Source: Bdellovibrionales bacterium (GTDB lineage Bacteria; Bdellovibrionota; Bdellovibrionia; Bdellovibrionales; DASUEL01). From it: 64,000 nt of DNA. A program made the position numbers and the translations under genes. Shown piece by piece: positions 46,979 to 57,381 of the stretch (position 1 is the first letter of the stretch; each line of letters starts with the position of its first letter). A model generated the notes under the pieces. That model ran no database searches. It saw nothing but the letters and a program-made list of their open reading frames with translations, and was not told the origin of the DNA. The stretch covers positions 1-64,000 of the forward strand of contig JBFWOZ010000007.1 in assembly GCA_050250255.1 (NCBI GenBank), read 5' to 3'.

Positions 46979-47166
46979 ATCCCCCCCCTGAGATTGTGGA
47001 CATTATCATTACGCATAATCTGAGTGACATGAAAACCGTTACTTTGTGCGCGGGAAAAATTAGTATAAAAGTACTAGCTCTCGAAGATCTGATTAAAATG
47101 AAATTGCAGAGCGGTCGCCCTCAAGATCTTGAAGACGTCAAAGCCCTAAGGGAGCTTAAAAAATGA
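46978..47166 (+). pseudogene. 5'-truncated nucleotidyltransferase remnant
   Basis: Frame reads NPPPEIVDIII...LEDLIKMKLQSGRPQDLEDVKALRELKK*; ATGA overlap with the next gene. Confidence 0.7.
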
Positions 47167-47411
47167 AGGCTCTACAAAAGTTTTCCAGTGAATATTTGGA
47201 GCAGTGTAAACACCTAAAGCCCGAGGAAACCCTAAAGTTCCTTGATGATTTTCGTCGCCTTCATGGAGAAAAATCGAAACTGAAATCGAAGCTTATTAGT
47301 ATGAAAGTTTCCGAACCTCTTCTCGAAGCCTTTAAGAAAAAATCTGAGCTCCCGGGTATTCCCTACCAAACACAAATCAAAAAGCTCATGCTTGAATGGC
47401 TTAAAAGTTAA
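47163..47411 (+). CDS. CopG/BrnA-like ribbon-helix-helix antitoxin
   Basis: SKLISMKVSEPLLEAFKKK...GIPYQTQIKKLM. Confidence 0.75.
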   Translation: MKALQKFSSEYLEQCKHLKPEETLKFLDDFRRLHGEKSKLKSKLISMKVSEPLLEAFKKKSELPGIPYQTQIKKLMLEWLKS

Positions 47412-47526
47412 TTTCGTATTGAGACATCTCAACGCGAGACGATTTTCTGAGACGTCAATCTTTTGCGAAGTAACAGCCTTCGTTTAACAAACAACGTCCT
47501 CAAGTCCATAGAAACTCATTAAAACC

Positions 47527-47542
47527 TGGTACCTACTTTGCT
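47527..47542 (+). promoter_or_regulatory. Sigma-54-like promoter
   Basis: TGGTACCTACTTTGCT, near consensus, about 31 bp before ATG 47574. Confidence 0.65.
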
Positions 47543-47573
47543 CTTATTCCTTGTATTACAAGGAGTCACAACC

Positions 47574-48227
47574 ATGACTGTTTCATTTTTAAAATATCTA
47601 CTTTCTGTCTGCATTTTAGTTGTCTCAATTTCATCCAATGTATTTGCCACCGATGAGGTTCCTCAATCTATCAAAGAGTTGGCAATGAAAATTGAAAGAA
47701 ACCAACCTTTCGAAATGCCAAAAACAGAAACTGAATTAAGACAACTCCGTCGCGTTTTGAGTTCTAAGGCAACACAACATATGAAGTATGCAGTAGAGAT
47801 GGTGAGTCGCATGAACTATCGAACGGAACTCGCTATTGTAGAAGTGTTGAAGCTTCATGTAGGTCGTATTACTCGCACCCTTTCAAAGATGTCCAAAGCT
47901 GCGGCTCAAGCCGCTGCACGTACAACTATGGCAGCGGACTCGGTTGTACCTTATTTTACACGTGACTTGTATGAGCGCCGACTTACTCCAAAAACTCTTT
48001 CCATGCTTGTTGCTGTTGAAGAGAAGTGTGACCTTGCAATGTACGACTCACTTCTGTTTGGTATTGAAAAAATAAATGCAAACGAGATCTCAGATATTTT
48101 TTGTAAAACGGCTGTTCAAAACTATCTCATATATAAATCGGGTATTGCAGAAAATCACATATTGAATGAGCAGCCCCTATCCTCTCCAGTGCCAGTGGTG
48201 GCAGAAAAGACAGAAGTGAATCGGTAG
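47574..48227 (+). CDS. Hypothetical secreted helical protein
   Basis: AAGGAG SD; signal peptide ending VFA. Confidence 0.7.
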   Translation: MTVSFLKYLLSVCILVVSISSNVFATDEVPQSIKELAMKIERNQPFEMPKTETELRQLRRVLSSKATQHMKYAVEMVSRMNYRTELAIVEVLKLHVGRITRTLSKMSKAAAQAAARTTMAADSVVPYFTRDLYERRLTPKTLSMLVAVEEKCDLAMYDSLLFGIEKINANEISDIFCKTAVQNYLIYKSGIAENHILNEQPLSSPVPVVAEKTEVNR

Positions 48228-48246
48228 GAATAGGAAGAAAAGGATT

Positions 48247-48924
48247 GTGGAGTTCCGAATGCGGATGATTATACTAACCATTTTATTATTTACTTCTAGT
48301 TTAGCGAAGGCAGATAACCTTGCGCTTAAATTATTTGAACAACAAGTTTCCGAACTCACTAGAGAAATTGCTGTTGGTTTTAAGCCAGTGGAAGTTTTGG
48401 CGCAAGACTTGCTAAAGCTCTATGCCATTTATCCAGATGAGTACATTAAATTAGCTTCAGCATTGAACTCTCGCATTGAAGGATCTCTTGTGAGACATGC
48501 CTATGAACATTATAACTTCGAAGAGGCACAGCAATTCCGATCACGACTAAAAGATATATTGAAAATCACTCGTGAGGCCGCTGTCGCTCGTGATTTTTCA
48601 GCTCAACCATCCATAGCCGCACATTTAGATCTTCTCATCATTAAAAAAGCAAACTTAAAGGGGTCACACTTACCCTCTACGATAAGTCGCCTTGAGCATT
48701 TACAAGCTCAAATTTTGAGATGGGCGGAACTTGAATATAAGGGTGCAAAAATCTTGGGACAAGGAAACGATTCCTACATGGGATTTTCTCAAAGAGCGCG
48801 AGATCTAAAAATGGCTGCACGGCTTATCTCACAAAAGATGAATGCAATTAAGGTGGACACCGCTAAGGATTTCCATGGTGTAGCAGCGGGCTTTTGTGGG
48901 AATTACTTAAATATAAATCACTAA
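48247..48924 (+). CDS. Hypothetical secreted helical protein
   Basis: Signal peptide ending AKA; start uncertain. Confidence 0.7.
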   Translation: MEFRMRMIILTILLFTSSLAKADNLALKLFEQQVSELTREIAVGFKPVEVLAQDLLKLYAIYPDEYIKLASALNSRIEGSLVRHAYEHYNFEEAQQFRSRLKDILKITREAAVARDFSAQPSIAAHLDLLIIKKANLKGSHLPSTISRLEHLQAQILRWAELEYKGAKILGQGNDSYMGFSQRARDLKMAARLISQKMNAIKVDTAKDFHGVAAGFCGNYLNINH

Positions 48925-48938
48925 ATAAAGGATATAGC

Positions 48939-49502
48939 ATGAAAAAACTTTTCACTCTTTTTGTTGTTTTGTTCTCTGCAATGACCTCATATGCGCAACG
49001 CCTTTCTGATGAGGAGCTCAATAGGCGTGTTCCAAAGTCTATTGCTAATTTCTCTATTCTGGATTCCGCCATTCGCGAGTTTAGCCAAGGCAAAGAAAAC
49101 GTGGGTCGATACCTCACTCTCGTCTCTGGAGCGATGGGAAGTGAAAAGACCGGACAAACGATCTTTACCGAAAAAAACATTGTGGACACTTACAATAAAG
49201 TGAAAGACGATTCACGTACACTTCAAAATCTCTATTTGATTCTTATAAATTACACAGAACTTTTAAAGACGGGTAAGCTTGCAGGACGAGTCACGCTAAG
49301 AGATGCCACGGTAGAGGTAATAGCTTTTCAGCATTATAAAAATATGGGTGATTTGGGTGTGGTGGAGCCAGGTGTAGACGCACGAATTAAAAATGAGGCC
49401 CGCGTTGAGGCTGCTCCAATTGCGAATCAACTTTTACAAGATCTCTTTGTCGCAGAAACAACCGCCCCACAAAAGCCTACCATGCAAAAAGGTGGAAGAT
49501 AG
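48939..49502 (+). CDS. Hypothetical secreted protein
   Basis: AAGGA SD; MKKLFTLF...SYA signal peptide. Confidence 0.7.
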   Translation: MKKLFTLFVVLFSAMTSYAQRLSDEELNRRVPKSIANFSILDSAIREFSQGKENVGRYLTLVSGAMGSEKTGQTIFTEKNIVDTYNKVKDDSRTLQNLYLILINYTELLKTGKLAGRVTLRDATVEVIAFQHYKNMGDLGVVEPGVDARIKNEARVEAAPIANQLLQDLFVAETTAPQKPTMQKGGR

Positions 49503-49521
49503 GCCGTGAGATTTTATTCGC

Positions 49522-50073
49522 TTAATCTTTATTATCAAACACGTACATCACTCTTAGAAGTACGGTGACAAAACTTTGAATACCTTTGAGTCGCTGTCCT
49601 GAAGGGTCGGTGACTTCTGTATCAAAAGCCCAGTGATATTTTCCTTGAAGACCGGCGTTGAAGCGTTTGCCGAGTTCAAAATCCACACCTAATCCCGTGT
49701 AAAGTCCAAAGCCTGAGCTTGTTGCTCTTTCGGTAGGAAGATCGTGACCAATAAAGTCCACCCCAGCAAGAGCAGAAAAGTAAGCGGCATCGTAACTATT
49801 GAAGTAAAAATTTAAACCGGTGCTGATTTCTTGATGGCGAAGTCCGTTGTGGCTGCTACTCAAGTAACCAATCTCAAATTGCATTTCAGAGCTTGTCGTA
49901 TAGTTTCCAAATACTCCAAACCCAAGAGCATTGCCGTAGCGGCTTCCAACGTCTTGTTGTAATCCGACATGACCTGCTTGAACACCAAGGCGCACCTCGT
50001 GCTCATCGATGGCAAAAGCGGGGGAGAGAAAAAAGAAACTTACTGCAGCTGCAGAGACAAATCGGGAAATCAT
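49522..50073 (-). CDS. Outer-membrane beta-barrel protein
   Basis: Signal peptide; alternating beta strands (GLYTGLGVDFEL); aromatic end YVF. Confidence 0.8.
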   Translation of the reverse strand: MISRFVSAAAVSFFFLSPAFAIDEHEVRLGVQAGHVGLQQDVGSRYGNALGFGVFGNYTTSSEMQFEIGYLSSSHNGLRHQEISTGLNFYFNSYDAAYFSALAGVDFIGHDLPTERATSSGFGLYTGLGVDFELGKRFNAGLQGKYHWAFDTEVTDPSGQRLKGIQSFVTVLLRVMYVFDNKD

Positions 50074-50148
50074 ACACACTCCTTCTAAAATATGAGGTTA
50101 TTTGAAACCTCGAAAAAATTTAGTGTAGTTGAGAGTCTCTAAAAACAC

Positions 50149-50183
50149 AAAAGCCCTACTCGTTGCGGCGAATAGGGCTTTTT
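50149..50183 (-). terminator. Intrinsic terminator
   Basis: AAAAGCCCTA...TAGGGCTTTT hairpin downstream of the PhaR-like gene. Confidence 0.75.
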
Positions 50184-50207
50184 ATGGTCTTCATCTTAAA
50201 AGATGAA

Positions 50208-50738
50208 TTATTGGTTCAAAGACTTGTTAGCTCCTGGAAGCTCTGGAGTGTCATCGATATCCACTGAAGTATCAGATGAAGACTCACCGCGAGCATTCGC
50301 TAAGCGTTGATCAAGAGCGCTTTTCACATCGTCATAAGAACGAGGTGTTTCAACATACTCAGTCACGCGTGGCTCAGAAGGTCTAACCGCATTGGCTGGG
50401 AAGGCACCAAGCTTTGCAAGAAAGCTAGAGATGCTGCCGTTGCCATGCTGGATGATTTCGCGAAGAGTTGAAAGAGGAGCATATTCAGAAGCCTTCTTCT
50501 CAGCTTCAAAAATGATCTGAGTTAAAGTTGCAGCTGTGATGTCTCTTTTAGTCTTATTATCAATAACCATCACTTCTTCGTTCGCACGGATCATCTTGGC
50601 GATGTCCTCAAGCGTAACGTAGCAGCTTTGTTGCGTGTCATAGAGTTTGCGATTCTGATATCGCTTAATGATCTTCACGCTCGTGCTCGTATTTGGTCTT
50701 GCCATCACTGATGGTGTTGTTTGAGATTGTGTATTCAA
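50208..50738 (-). CDS. PhaR-type (PHB_acc_N) DNA-binding domain protein
   Basis: IIKRYQNRKLYDT..SCYVTL, DITAATLTQII; likely TTG start after GGGGAGG. Confidence 0.85.
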   Translation of the reverse strand: MNTQSQTTPSVMARPNTSTSVKIIKRYQNRKLYDTQQSCYVTLEDIAKMIRANEEVMVIDNKTKRDITAATLTQIIFEAEKKASEYAPLSTLREIIQHGNGSISSFLAKLGAFPANAVRPSEPRVTEYVETPRSYDDVKSALDQRLANARGESSSDTSVDIDDTPELPGANKSLNQ

Positions 50739-51022
50739 GTTTGCCTCCCCTTCTTTCAAAGAGCCCTGATTAACGTTAGTACTTTCTTTTTTTGTCCATT
50801 CGTCCATTATTTTGTCCCACCGATTGCCTGTTAAACTACTTATTTCACTGGCAAATTTTAAGTCGTGGTTGTCCCGTTTGATGCCCGTCCCAGATGTGTG
50901 GGCACAATAGGTCTGGCCGCCACATGTTGTCAAGCGATCTAATAGCACCTTTCTTGATTTTTAACGCACCACGTACGGTCCCTTTGTTAGGAAGCTTTCC
51001 GAGAGAAAACTGGTTAGTGCTC

Positions 51023-51050
51023 TCAAGTTTTTCCTAAAACTGGCCGAAGG
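51023..51050 (+). promoter_or_regulatory. Sigma-28 (FliA)-like promoter
   Basis: TCAAGTTT-N12-GCCGAAGG. Confidence 0.45.
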
Positions 51051-51060
51051 TACAGGGAGC

Positions 51061-51537
51061 ATGAGAAGTTGGAATAAAAAATCAGAATTTATTGAAAAAA
51101 TTAAGCAAAATCAAGCATTTGCAACGTCTGATTTGCTTCTTGTTTTGGGCTCAATTTGTCTCGTTTTGATCATTGTGATCCCTATATTACTTAAGGGGGC
51201 AGAAGGAAGCCGAGTGGAAAAGGCTCAGCGAGAAATGAGAAAATTCACTCAAGAATCAACATTTTTGCAGCTCGCCATGTATCACCCAAAAAAATCTTCG
51301 AGAAGTTTAGCCTCTGTTTCTCCAATCGTAGAAACCTCCAAGCATGATCCATGGGGACATCCTTACAAAATGGATACGATTGTCGACCATTACGGGCAGC
51401 CTAGTTTTTTCGTGATCTGGTCGCCCGGTCCTAATGGGATTATAGAGACTCCTCAAGCACAACCTATTCTTCGCAGTGGTCGTGTACAGCTTCAGTTTTT
51501 GGGGGACGATCTCGGCTATGCAATTGCGCTCAAGTGA
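51061..51537 (+). CDS. GspG-like pseudopilin
   Basis: Hydrophobic N-terminal helix after AF; DPWGHPY, WSPGPNG, GDD. Confidence 0.7.
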   Translation: MRSWNKKSEFIEKIKQNQAFATSDLLLVLGSICLVLIIVIPILLKGAEGSRVEKAQREMRKFTQESTFLQLAMYHPKKSSRSLASVSPIVETSKHDPWGHPYKMDTIVDHYGQPSFFVIWSPGPNGIIETPQAQPILRSGRVQLQFLGDDLGYAIALK

Positions 51538-51588
51538 GCGACGTCTGTTCATCGCTCGTCGCCCTCAAATAACCAGACTTTCACCCTC

Positions 51589-51615
51589 TTAAGTCTCAGA
51601 ACAGAACACCGAAGA
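51589..51615 (+). promoter_or_regulatory. Sigma-28 (FliA)-like promoter
   Basis: TTAA-N15-ACCGAAGA. Confidence 0.4.
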
Positions 51616-51643
51616 GTCATTGAAGCCTCATAAAGGAATAAAA

Positions 51644-53476
51644 ATGGCTCAATTGGCTCGCAACTTCAGAATTCTTTTCGTCGTTTTGATCGCGGTAGGG
51701 TTGAGCGCGTGTTCTAGCGTTTCGACAAAGAAAAGTCCTAGCGAAGTCTCTTCCAATCCTTATTATGATGGCAATCAAGCACCAGAAGCGATGCGACCGC
51801 CCCAGGATTTTAGCACCGATAAAGTTCTGTTGGACCCCCTCTATTTAAACACTCAAGCAGACTATCACTACACTCTTGGCGAATCTTATAGCTTGGAAGG
51901 TTCTGCCGATCGCGCCATTGAAGAATTCAAACTCACACTTGTGTATGATCCTAATTCTGCAAAGGTGCGTCTTCGTCTCGCGAGCGAATACGTTCGCAAG
52001 GGGATGATTTCAGAGGCGCTCGAGCAAGCAAAAACGGCAGTACAAAACGAGCCCAACTATTACGAGGCACGCGTGCTTTATGCGGGGATTCTGGCTTCTT
52101 TGAAAGTTTATGATGAAGCAGAGGCCGAGTACAAAACGACGATCGCAAGGTTTCCAGACAAAAAAGATGCGGTTCTTCACTACGGTGCTTTGCTTGCAGA
52201 AGAGAAAAAGTATGACGAGTCGATTGCTCAATTCATGAGCCTAACTAAAGACAAAAACTACGAAACGCCACACATCCCTTACTACTATGCGGGACGTGTG
52301 TATTCAGAAGTAAAGAACTACTCCAGTGCGGAAGAATGTTACGTAAAATCTCTTTTGAGTAAGCCAGATTTTGAAGAGTCTGTTTTGGCTCTCGGTCGAC
52401 TTTTTGAAGATACAAAAAAGCGCGAGCGTACACTTCAACTTTTTGAAACCTTTCAAGATAAACAAGGTCCCAGTGAGCGTGTTGCGGAACTTCTTGCTCG
52501 TCTCTATTTAGAAGACGAAGAGTATGAAAAAGCGTATCGCCAATACGAAATCATTGAAGCTGCCGACGGTGCGAATTTAAATGTGAAAGTAAAAATGGCT
52601 TTGATCCTCATCGAAAAGAAAAACTTCGATCAAGCGATTGCAAAGTTAAAGCAAGTGTTAGCGCAGGCTCCTGACTCTGACAAAATTCGTTTTTACCTCG
52701 CTGCGGTTCACGAAGAAACAAAAGAATACGACACGGCGATTGAGCACTTTTCTAAAATTCCCACGAGTAGCAGTTTCTACGTCGAGTCCATCGTGCACAT
52801 GTCGTATCTACAAAAGGTCAAAGGAGATTTGCCTCAAGCGATCCAAACAGTAGAAGCCGCGCTCAAGATGAATCCCGATGCAGAACAGTTGTACACAATT
52901 TACGGATCACTCCTGCATGAAAACAAACAGTACAATCAAGCCGTTGCGGCCATGTTAAAAGCGACAGAGAAATTTCCTAAAAATGATCAGATCTGGTTTT
53001 TCCTTGGTTCTCTTTACGATAAGTTAGAGAAAAAAGAAGAAACCATCACCACAATGAAAACCGTTTTAGATTTAAACGAGACGCATTATCAGGCGATGAA
53101 CTACTTAGCCTATACATATGCTGATATTGGCCAAAATTTACCTGAAGCGGAGTCCTTGGCAAAAAAGGCACTCGCATTAAAGTCCGACGATGGATACATC
53201 CAAGACACATTGGGCTGGATTTTATTTAAGCAGGGACGATTCGACGAGTCGGTGAGAGTTCTCGAGCTTGCATATCAGCTAAAATCTGATGAAGCTATAA
53301 TTGCAGAGCATTTGGGAGATGCCTATCACCGAATGTCTTTGCCAAGTAAAGCAAAGAAAATGTACCAGAGGGCCATCCAACTTGAAACCGATACACAAGT
53401 TATTCACAAGCTTAATTCTAAAATCTCCGCGATCGATGCGGTCATGCCTTCTCGTATCCCCGCTTCTGCTGATTAG
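51644..53476 (+). CDS. TPR-repeat lipoprotein
   Basis: Lipobox LSAC; many TPRs; NYLAY...DTLGWI...HLGD C-terminal pattern. Confidence 0.9.
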   Translation: MAQLARNFRILFVVLIAVGLSACSSVSTKKSPSEVSSNPYYDGNQAPEAMRPPQDFSTDKVLLDPLYLNTQADYHYTLGESYSLEGSADRAIEEFKLTLVYDPNSAKVRLRLASEYVRKGMISEALEQAKTAVQNEPNYYEARVLYAGILASLKVYDEAEAEYKTTIARFPDKKDAVLHYGALLAEEKKYDESIAQFMSLTKDKNYETPHIPYYYAGRVYSEVKNYSSAEECYVKSLLSKPDFEESVLALGRLFEDTKKRERTLQLFETFQDKQGPSERVAELLARLYLEDEEYEKAYRQYEIIEAADGANLNVKVKMALILIEKKNFDQAIAKLKQVLAQAPDSDKIRFYLAAVHEETKEYDTAIEHFSKIPTSSSFYVESIVHMSYLQKVKGDLPQAIQTVEAALKMNPDAEQLYTIYGSLLHENKQYNQAVAAMLKATEKFPKNDQIWFFLGSLYDKLEKKEETITTMKTVLDLNETHYQAMNYLAYTYADIGQNLPEAESLAKKALALKSDDGYIQDTLGWILFKQGRFDESVRVLELAYQLKSDEAIIAEHLGDAYHRMSLPSKAKKMYQRAIQLETDTQVIHKLNSKISAIDAVMPSRIPASAD

Positions 53477-54050
53477 CACTTTATTCTCTGGTTGTTCCAA
53501 TGTTCCCGTGCGATGGGATCAACAAACTCAAGGTCAGTGGAAGGGACGCGCGCTTGTTCGTGATCTTGTTGCAAAAAAAACCAATGTTGTTCGCATTGAT
53601 TTGATTGCTCAACGGCCTCAAAAGCTTCGAGCGGATTTTTCAGCATCACTCGGTATTTATCTTGGCACCTTGACAATGAATGAGAGGGAGTTATCGTTTC
53701 TCATTAAAAATCAAAAAACTCTGTATCGCGGAAGTCCACAATCTGAAAAGCTTTCGCAACTCACTCCATTTCCTTTGAGTCCTCGACAGCTGATGAGGTT
53801 GCTTTTTGACCAAGAGCCTGACGACTGGAAATGTGTAAGGGATGAGAAATCTTTTTTAAAAGAATGCATGACGGATTCTCATCTCAAAATCAGCTGGACG
53901 AAACGCCAGGATTCCAGGCGCACTGTGACGATTTTAGGTCGACAGTTTGAGATACAACTAGACCTAAGTGGGTCTGACTCTCCGATTCCGACGAATGACT
54001 CAATGTTTCTGCTCACCGTGCCTGCAGGATTCGCAATCAAGAAAATTTAA
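53436..54050 (+). CDS. LolB-like lipoprotein
   Basis: Lipobox FSGC; beta-rich; follows the TPR gene as in the TPR-lolB arrangement. Confidence 0.55.
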   Translation: MRSCLLVSPLLLISTLFSGCSNVPVRWDQQTQGQWKGRALVRDLVAKKTNVVRIDLIAQRPQKLRADFSASLGIYLGTLTMNERELSFLIKNQKTLYRGSPQSEKLSQLTPFPLSPRQLMRLLFDQEPDDWKCVRDEKSFLKECMTDSHLKISWTKRQDSRRTVTILGRQFEIQLDLSGSDSPIPTNDSMFLLTVPAGFAIKKI

Positions 54051-54170
54051 TATTTTGCATTAATTCAACTTCACGTTTGCGGCCCGCAAATTTTATCAAG
54101 AAGCTTGGTGTTCCTGCTTTTTATCAGGCATAATTATAAGAAGATCCTATCCCAAATTTGGAGGGGAATA

Positions 54171-56255
54171 ATGACCAATGATGCGTCAAAGATCGACTTC
54201 TCGGGTATTATTAAAAATCTACAATCTGCGCAAAACTACAAAGACTTAGCGTGGAAAGGCTCATTCAACGACTACCTCACGTTGGTGAAAGAAAATCCTA
54301 AGATCACTCGCAACGCTTTTCAGAGGTTGTATGACCTCATTATGGAAGCGGGTACAGGCGAGTACGTCGAATTTAAAAAGAACATTGTTCAATACAAGTT
54401 CTTTTCGGATGAGAAACATAACGGACAAGACGCCGTATTTGGTCTCGACGTACAACTTATGAAGTTGGTGAATGTTTTTAAATCCGCTGCACAAGGATAT
54501 GGAACAGAAAAGCGCGTGATTTTACTTCACGGTCCCGTGGGAAGCGCGAAATCAACCATTGCACGTCTTCTCAAAAAAGGTGTGGAGGAATACTCCAAAA
54601 CTGAGCAAGGTGCCATGTACACTTTTGAGTGGACCGATGAGGGTGCAAACCCACACGGTCTTCTTGGTAAAGATATCAAATCATTCCCATGTCCTATGCA
54701 CGAAGAGCCTTTGCATCTAATTCCGATCGAAATGCGTCCACGAGTCATGGAAGAAATGAATCGCGGCAATAAGGGCGAATATCGTGCTCACGTACAGGGG
54801 GAGCTTTGCCCTGCCTGCCGATTTATTTTCAAAGGTTTGCAAGATAAGTACGAAGGCGATGTTTTAAAAGTTTTCAATCACATCCGAATAAAGAGATTAA
54901 TTCTTAGTGAATCCGATCGTATCGGGATTGGAACTTTCCAACCGAAAGATGAAAAAAACCAAGATAGTACGGAGCTCACGGGGGATATTAACTACCGTCA
55001 GATTGCGATTTATGGTTCCGACTCAGATCCTCGTGCCTTTAACTTTGATGGAGAATTCAACATTGCCAACCGTGGGATGATTGAGTTTGTCGAAGTATTA
55101 AAATTAGATGTGGCGTTCTTGTACGACCTTCTCGGTGCTTCGCAAGAGCATCGTATTAAGCCCAAGAAATTTGCACAAACTCACATTGATGAAGTGATTA
55201 TTGGTCACACGAACGAGCCCGAGTATCGTCGTCTTCAAAATAATGAATTTATGGAAGCTTTAAGAGATCGTACGGTGAAAATCGATATTCCATATATCAC
55301 TAAGCTTCACAACGAAATCAGTATTTACGAAAAAGATTTTAACGATCGTAAGATTAAAGGCATTCACATTGCTCCGCATACCATCGAAATGGCAGCAATG
55401 TGGGCTGTGATGACTCGCCTTGAAGCTCCAAAGAAGGCGAATCTCACACGCATTCAGAAGTTAAAACTTTATGATGGAAAATCTCTACCAGGTTTTACTG
55501 AGGACAACGTGAAGGAGCTTCGTAAGGAAGCCATTCGCGAAGGTTTAGATGGAATTTCTCCTCGTTACGTACAAGATAAACTTTCTAACGCTCTCGTGAA
55601 TACTAAACACGGAGATGTGGGGTGTGTGAATCCGTTTATGGTTCTCAATGAACTAGAGAGCGGATTAAAACATCACTCGCTTCTTTCGAACGAAGAAAAG
55701 AAGGCATCTTATAAAGAGATGCTCGCGAGCGTAAAAAAAGAATATGAAGACATGGTGAAGTCAGAGGTTCAGCGTGCGATCAGCGCGGATGAAAATGCTC
55801 TTTCTCGTCTGTGCGGAAACTACATCGATAACGTTAAAGCCTACACGCAGCGTGAAAAAGTGAAAAACCCGTTTACGGGTCAAGATGATGAACCAGATGA
55901 AAGACTCATGCGCTCGATCGAAGAGAAGATCGAGATTCCCGAGTCGCGTAAGGATGATTTCCGTCGTGAAATCATGAACTACATCGGAGCTCTTTCTCTT
56001 GATGGAAAGAAATTCAACTACAAAACAAATGAGCGTCTCCATAAAGCGTTGGAGCTGAAGCTGTTTGAGGATCAAAAAGACAGCATTAAGATCGCAACTC
56101 TTGTTTCGAGCGTAGTGGACAAAGCCACTCAAGAAAAAATCGACATCGTTAAGACTCGTTTAATTAAAGATTACGGTTACTGCGAAATCTGTTCGACAGA
56201 CGTATTAAATTACGTAGCCAGTATCTTTGCTCGCGGGGACGTAAAAAAGACTTAA
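54171..56255 (+). CDS. prkA: PrkA/YeaG AAA+ serine kinase family
   Basis: [37 protein letters not shown]. Confidence 0.95.
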   Translation: MTNDASKIDFSGIIKNLQSAQNYKDLAWKGSFNDYLTLVKENPKITRNAFQRLYDLIMEAGTGEYVEFKKNIVQYKFFSDEKHNGQDAVFGLDVQLMKLVNVFKSAAQGYGTEKRVILLHGPVGSAKSTIARLLKKGVEEYSKTEQGAMYTFEWTDEGANPHGLLGKDIKSFPCPMHEEPLHLIPIEMRPRVMEEMNRGNKGEYRAHVQGELCPACRFIFKGLQDKYEGDVLKVFNHIRIKRLILSESDRIGIGTFQPKDEKNQDSTELTGDINYRQIAIYGSDSDPRAFNFDGEFNIANRGMIEFVEVLKLDVAFLYDLLGASQEHRIKPKKFAQTHIDEVIIGHTNEPEYRRLQNNEFMEALRDRTVKIDIPYITKLHNEISIYEKDFNDRKIKGIHIAPHTIEMAAMWAVMTRLEAPKKANLTRIQKLKLYDGKSLPGFTEDNVKELRKEAIREGLDGISPRYVQDKLSNALVNTKHGDVGCVNPFMVLNELESGLKHHSLLSNEEKKASYKEMLASVKKEYEDMVKSEVQRAISADENALSRLCGNYIDNVKAYTQREKVKNPFTGQDDEPDERLMRSIEEKIEIPESRKDDFRREIMNYIGALSLDGKKFNYKTNERLHKALELKLFEDQKDSIKIATLVSSVVDKATQEKIDIVKTRLIKDYGYCEICSTDVLNYVASIFARGDVKKT

Positions 56256-56285
56256 GGTGAAGTTATAATTTTGAATTGAGTTGAA

Positions 56286-57380
56286 ATGGGAATTAGACAA
56301 GACCACTCTCGATTTCGAGATATTATTAAAGGTCGCATAAAAGAAAATTTTAAGCGCTATATCACTCATGGAGAAATGATTGGTAAGCGCGAAAATGATT
56401 TTGTGAAGATTCCCATTCCTCATATTGAAATCCCTCGCTTTAAATATGGACCCAAACAATCGGGCGGAATCGGCCAGGGCGAAGGAAACCCGAACGACCC
56501 TTTAGAGGAGGGAAAGCCGGGACAAGGTGCTGCCGGCGATGTGCCAGGTGAGCACATTTTAGAGGCCGATGTTTCTCTCGAGGAGCTGGCAGAAATTCTT
56601 GGTGAGCAACTGGCTCTTCCTAAGATTGAGCCTAAGGGCAACAAAACCATTGATACGACTCACATTAAGTATTCTGGTCTCGCTCCTGTGGGTCCCGAAG
56701 GACTAAGGCATTTTAAATCGTCTTATAAACAAGCACTCAAAAGATCCATCTCGATGGGAATGTATGATCCAGATAATCCTGTGATTATTCCTATCAAAAA
56801 AGACATGCGCTACAAATCCTACAAGACCGTGGTGAAACCTCAGGCGAATGCCGTCGTTATCTACATGATGGACGTTTCGGGCTCGATGGGTGAAGAGCAA
56901 AAAGAGATTGTTCGTCTCGAGAGCTTTTGGATTAACACGTGGCTCAAACATCATTACAAGGGCCTTCACACGCGTTTCATTATTCACGATGCGGGAGCGA
57001 AAGAAGTCGATGAAGCCACTTTTTTTAGTACGAGCGAATCGGGTGGAACATTGATCAGTAGCGCATATAATCTCTGCAAAAAAATCATCGACGAAGAATA
57101 CCCCATTAACGAATGGAACATTTATCCTTTTCATTTTAGTGACGGGGATAACTGGAGCAGTGAAGATACTCAGTATTGTATTAAACTCCTCAAAGAAGAC
57201 CTCACGCAAAAAGTGAACATGTTCTGTTACGGGCAAGTTGAGAGTAAGTACGGAAGTGGGCAGTTCCTCAAGGATCTCGAGGCGGCCTTTCCTGAAAGCG
57301 AAAGCATCATCATGAGTAAAATTGAAAATCGCTCAAAAATCCCCGAATCCATCAAAGATTTTTTAGGAAAGGGTAAGTGA
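56286..57380 (+). CDS. yeaH: DUF444 (YeaH/YhbH) family
   Basis: [21 protein letters not shown]. Confidence 0.9.
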   Translation: MGIRQDHSRFRDIIKGRIKENFKRYITHGEMIGKRENDFVKIPIPHIEIPRFKYGPKQSGGIGQGEGNPNDPLEEGKPGQGAAGDVPGEHILEADVSLEELAEILGEQLALPKIEPKGNKTIDTTHIKYSGLAPVGPEGLRHFKSSYKQALKRSISMGMYDPDNPVIIPIKKDMRYKSYKTVVKPQANAVVIYMMDVSGSMGEEQKEIVRLESFWINTWLKHHYKGLHTRFIIHDAGAKEVDEATFFSTSESGGTLISSAYNLCKKIIDEEYPINEWNIYPFHFSDGDNWSSEDTQYCIKLLKEDLTQKVNMFCYGQVESKYGSGQFLKDLEAAFPESESIIMSKIENRSKIPESIKDFLGKGK

Positions 57381-57381
57381 G

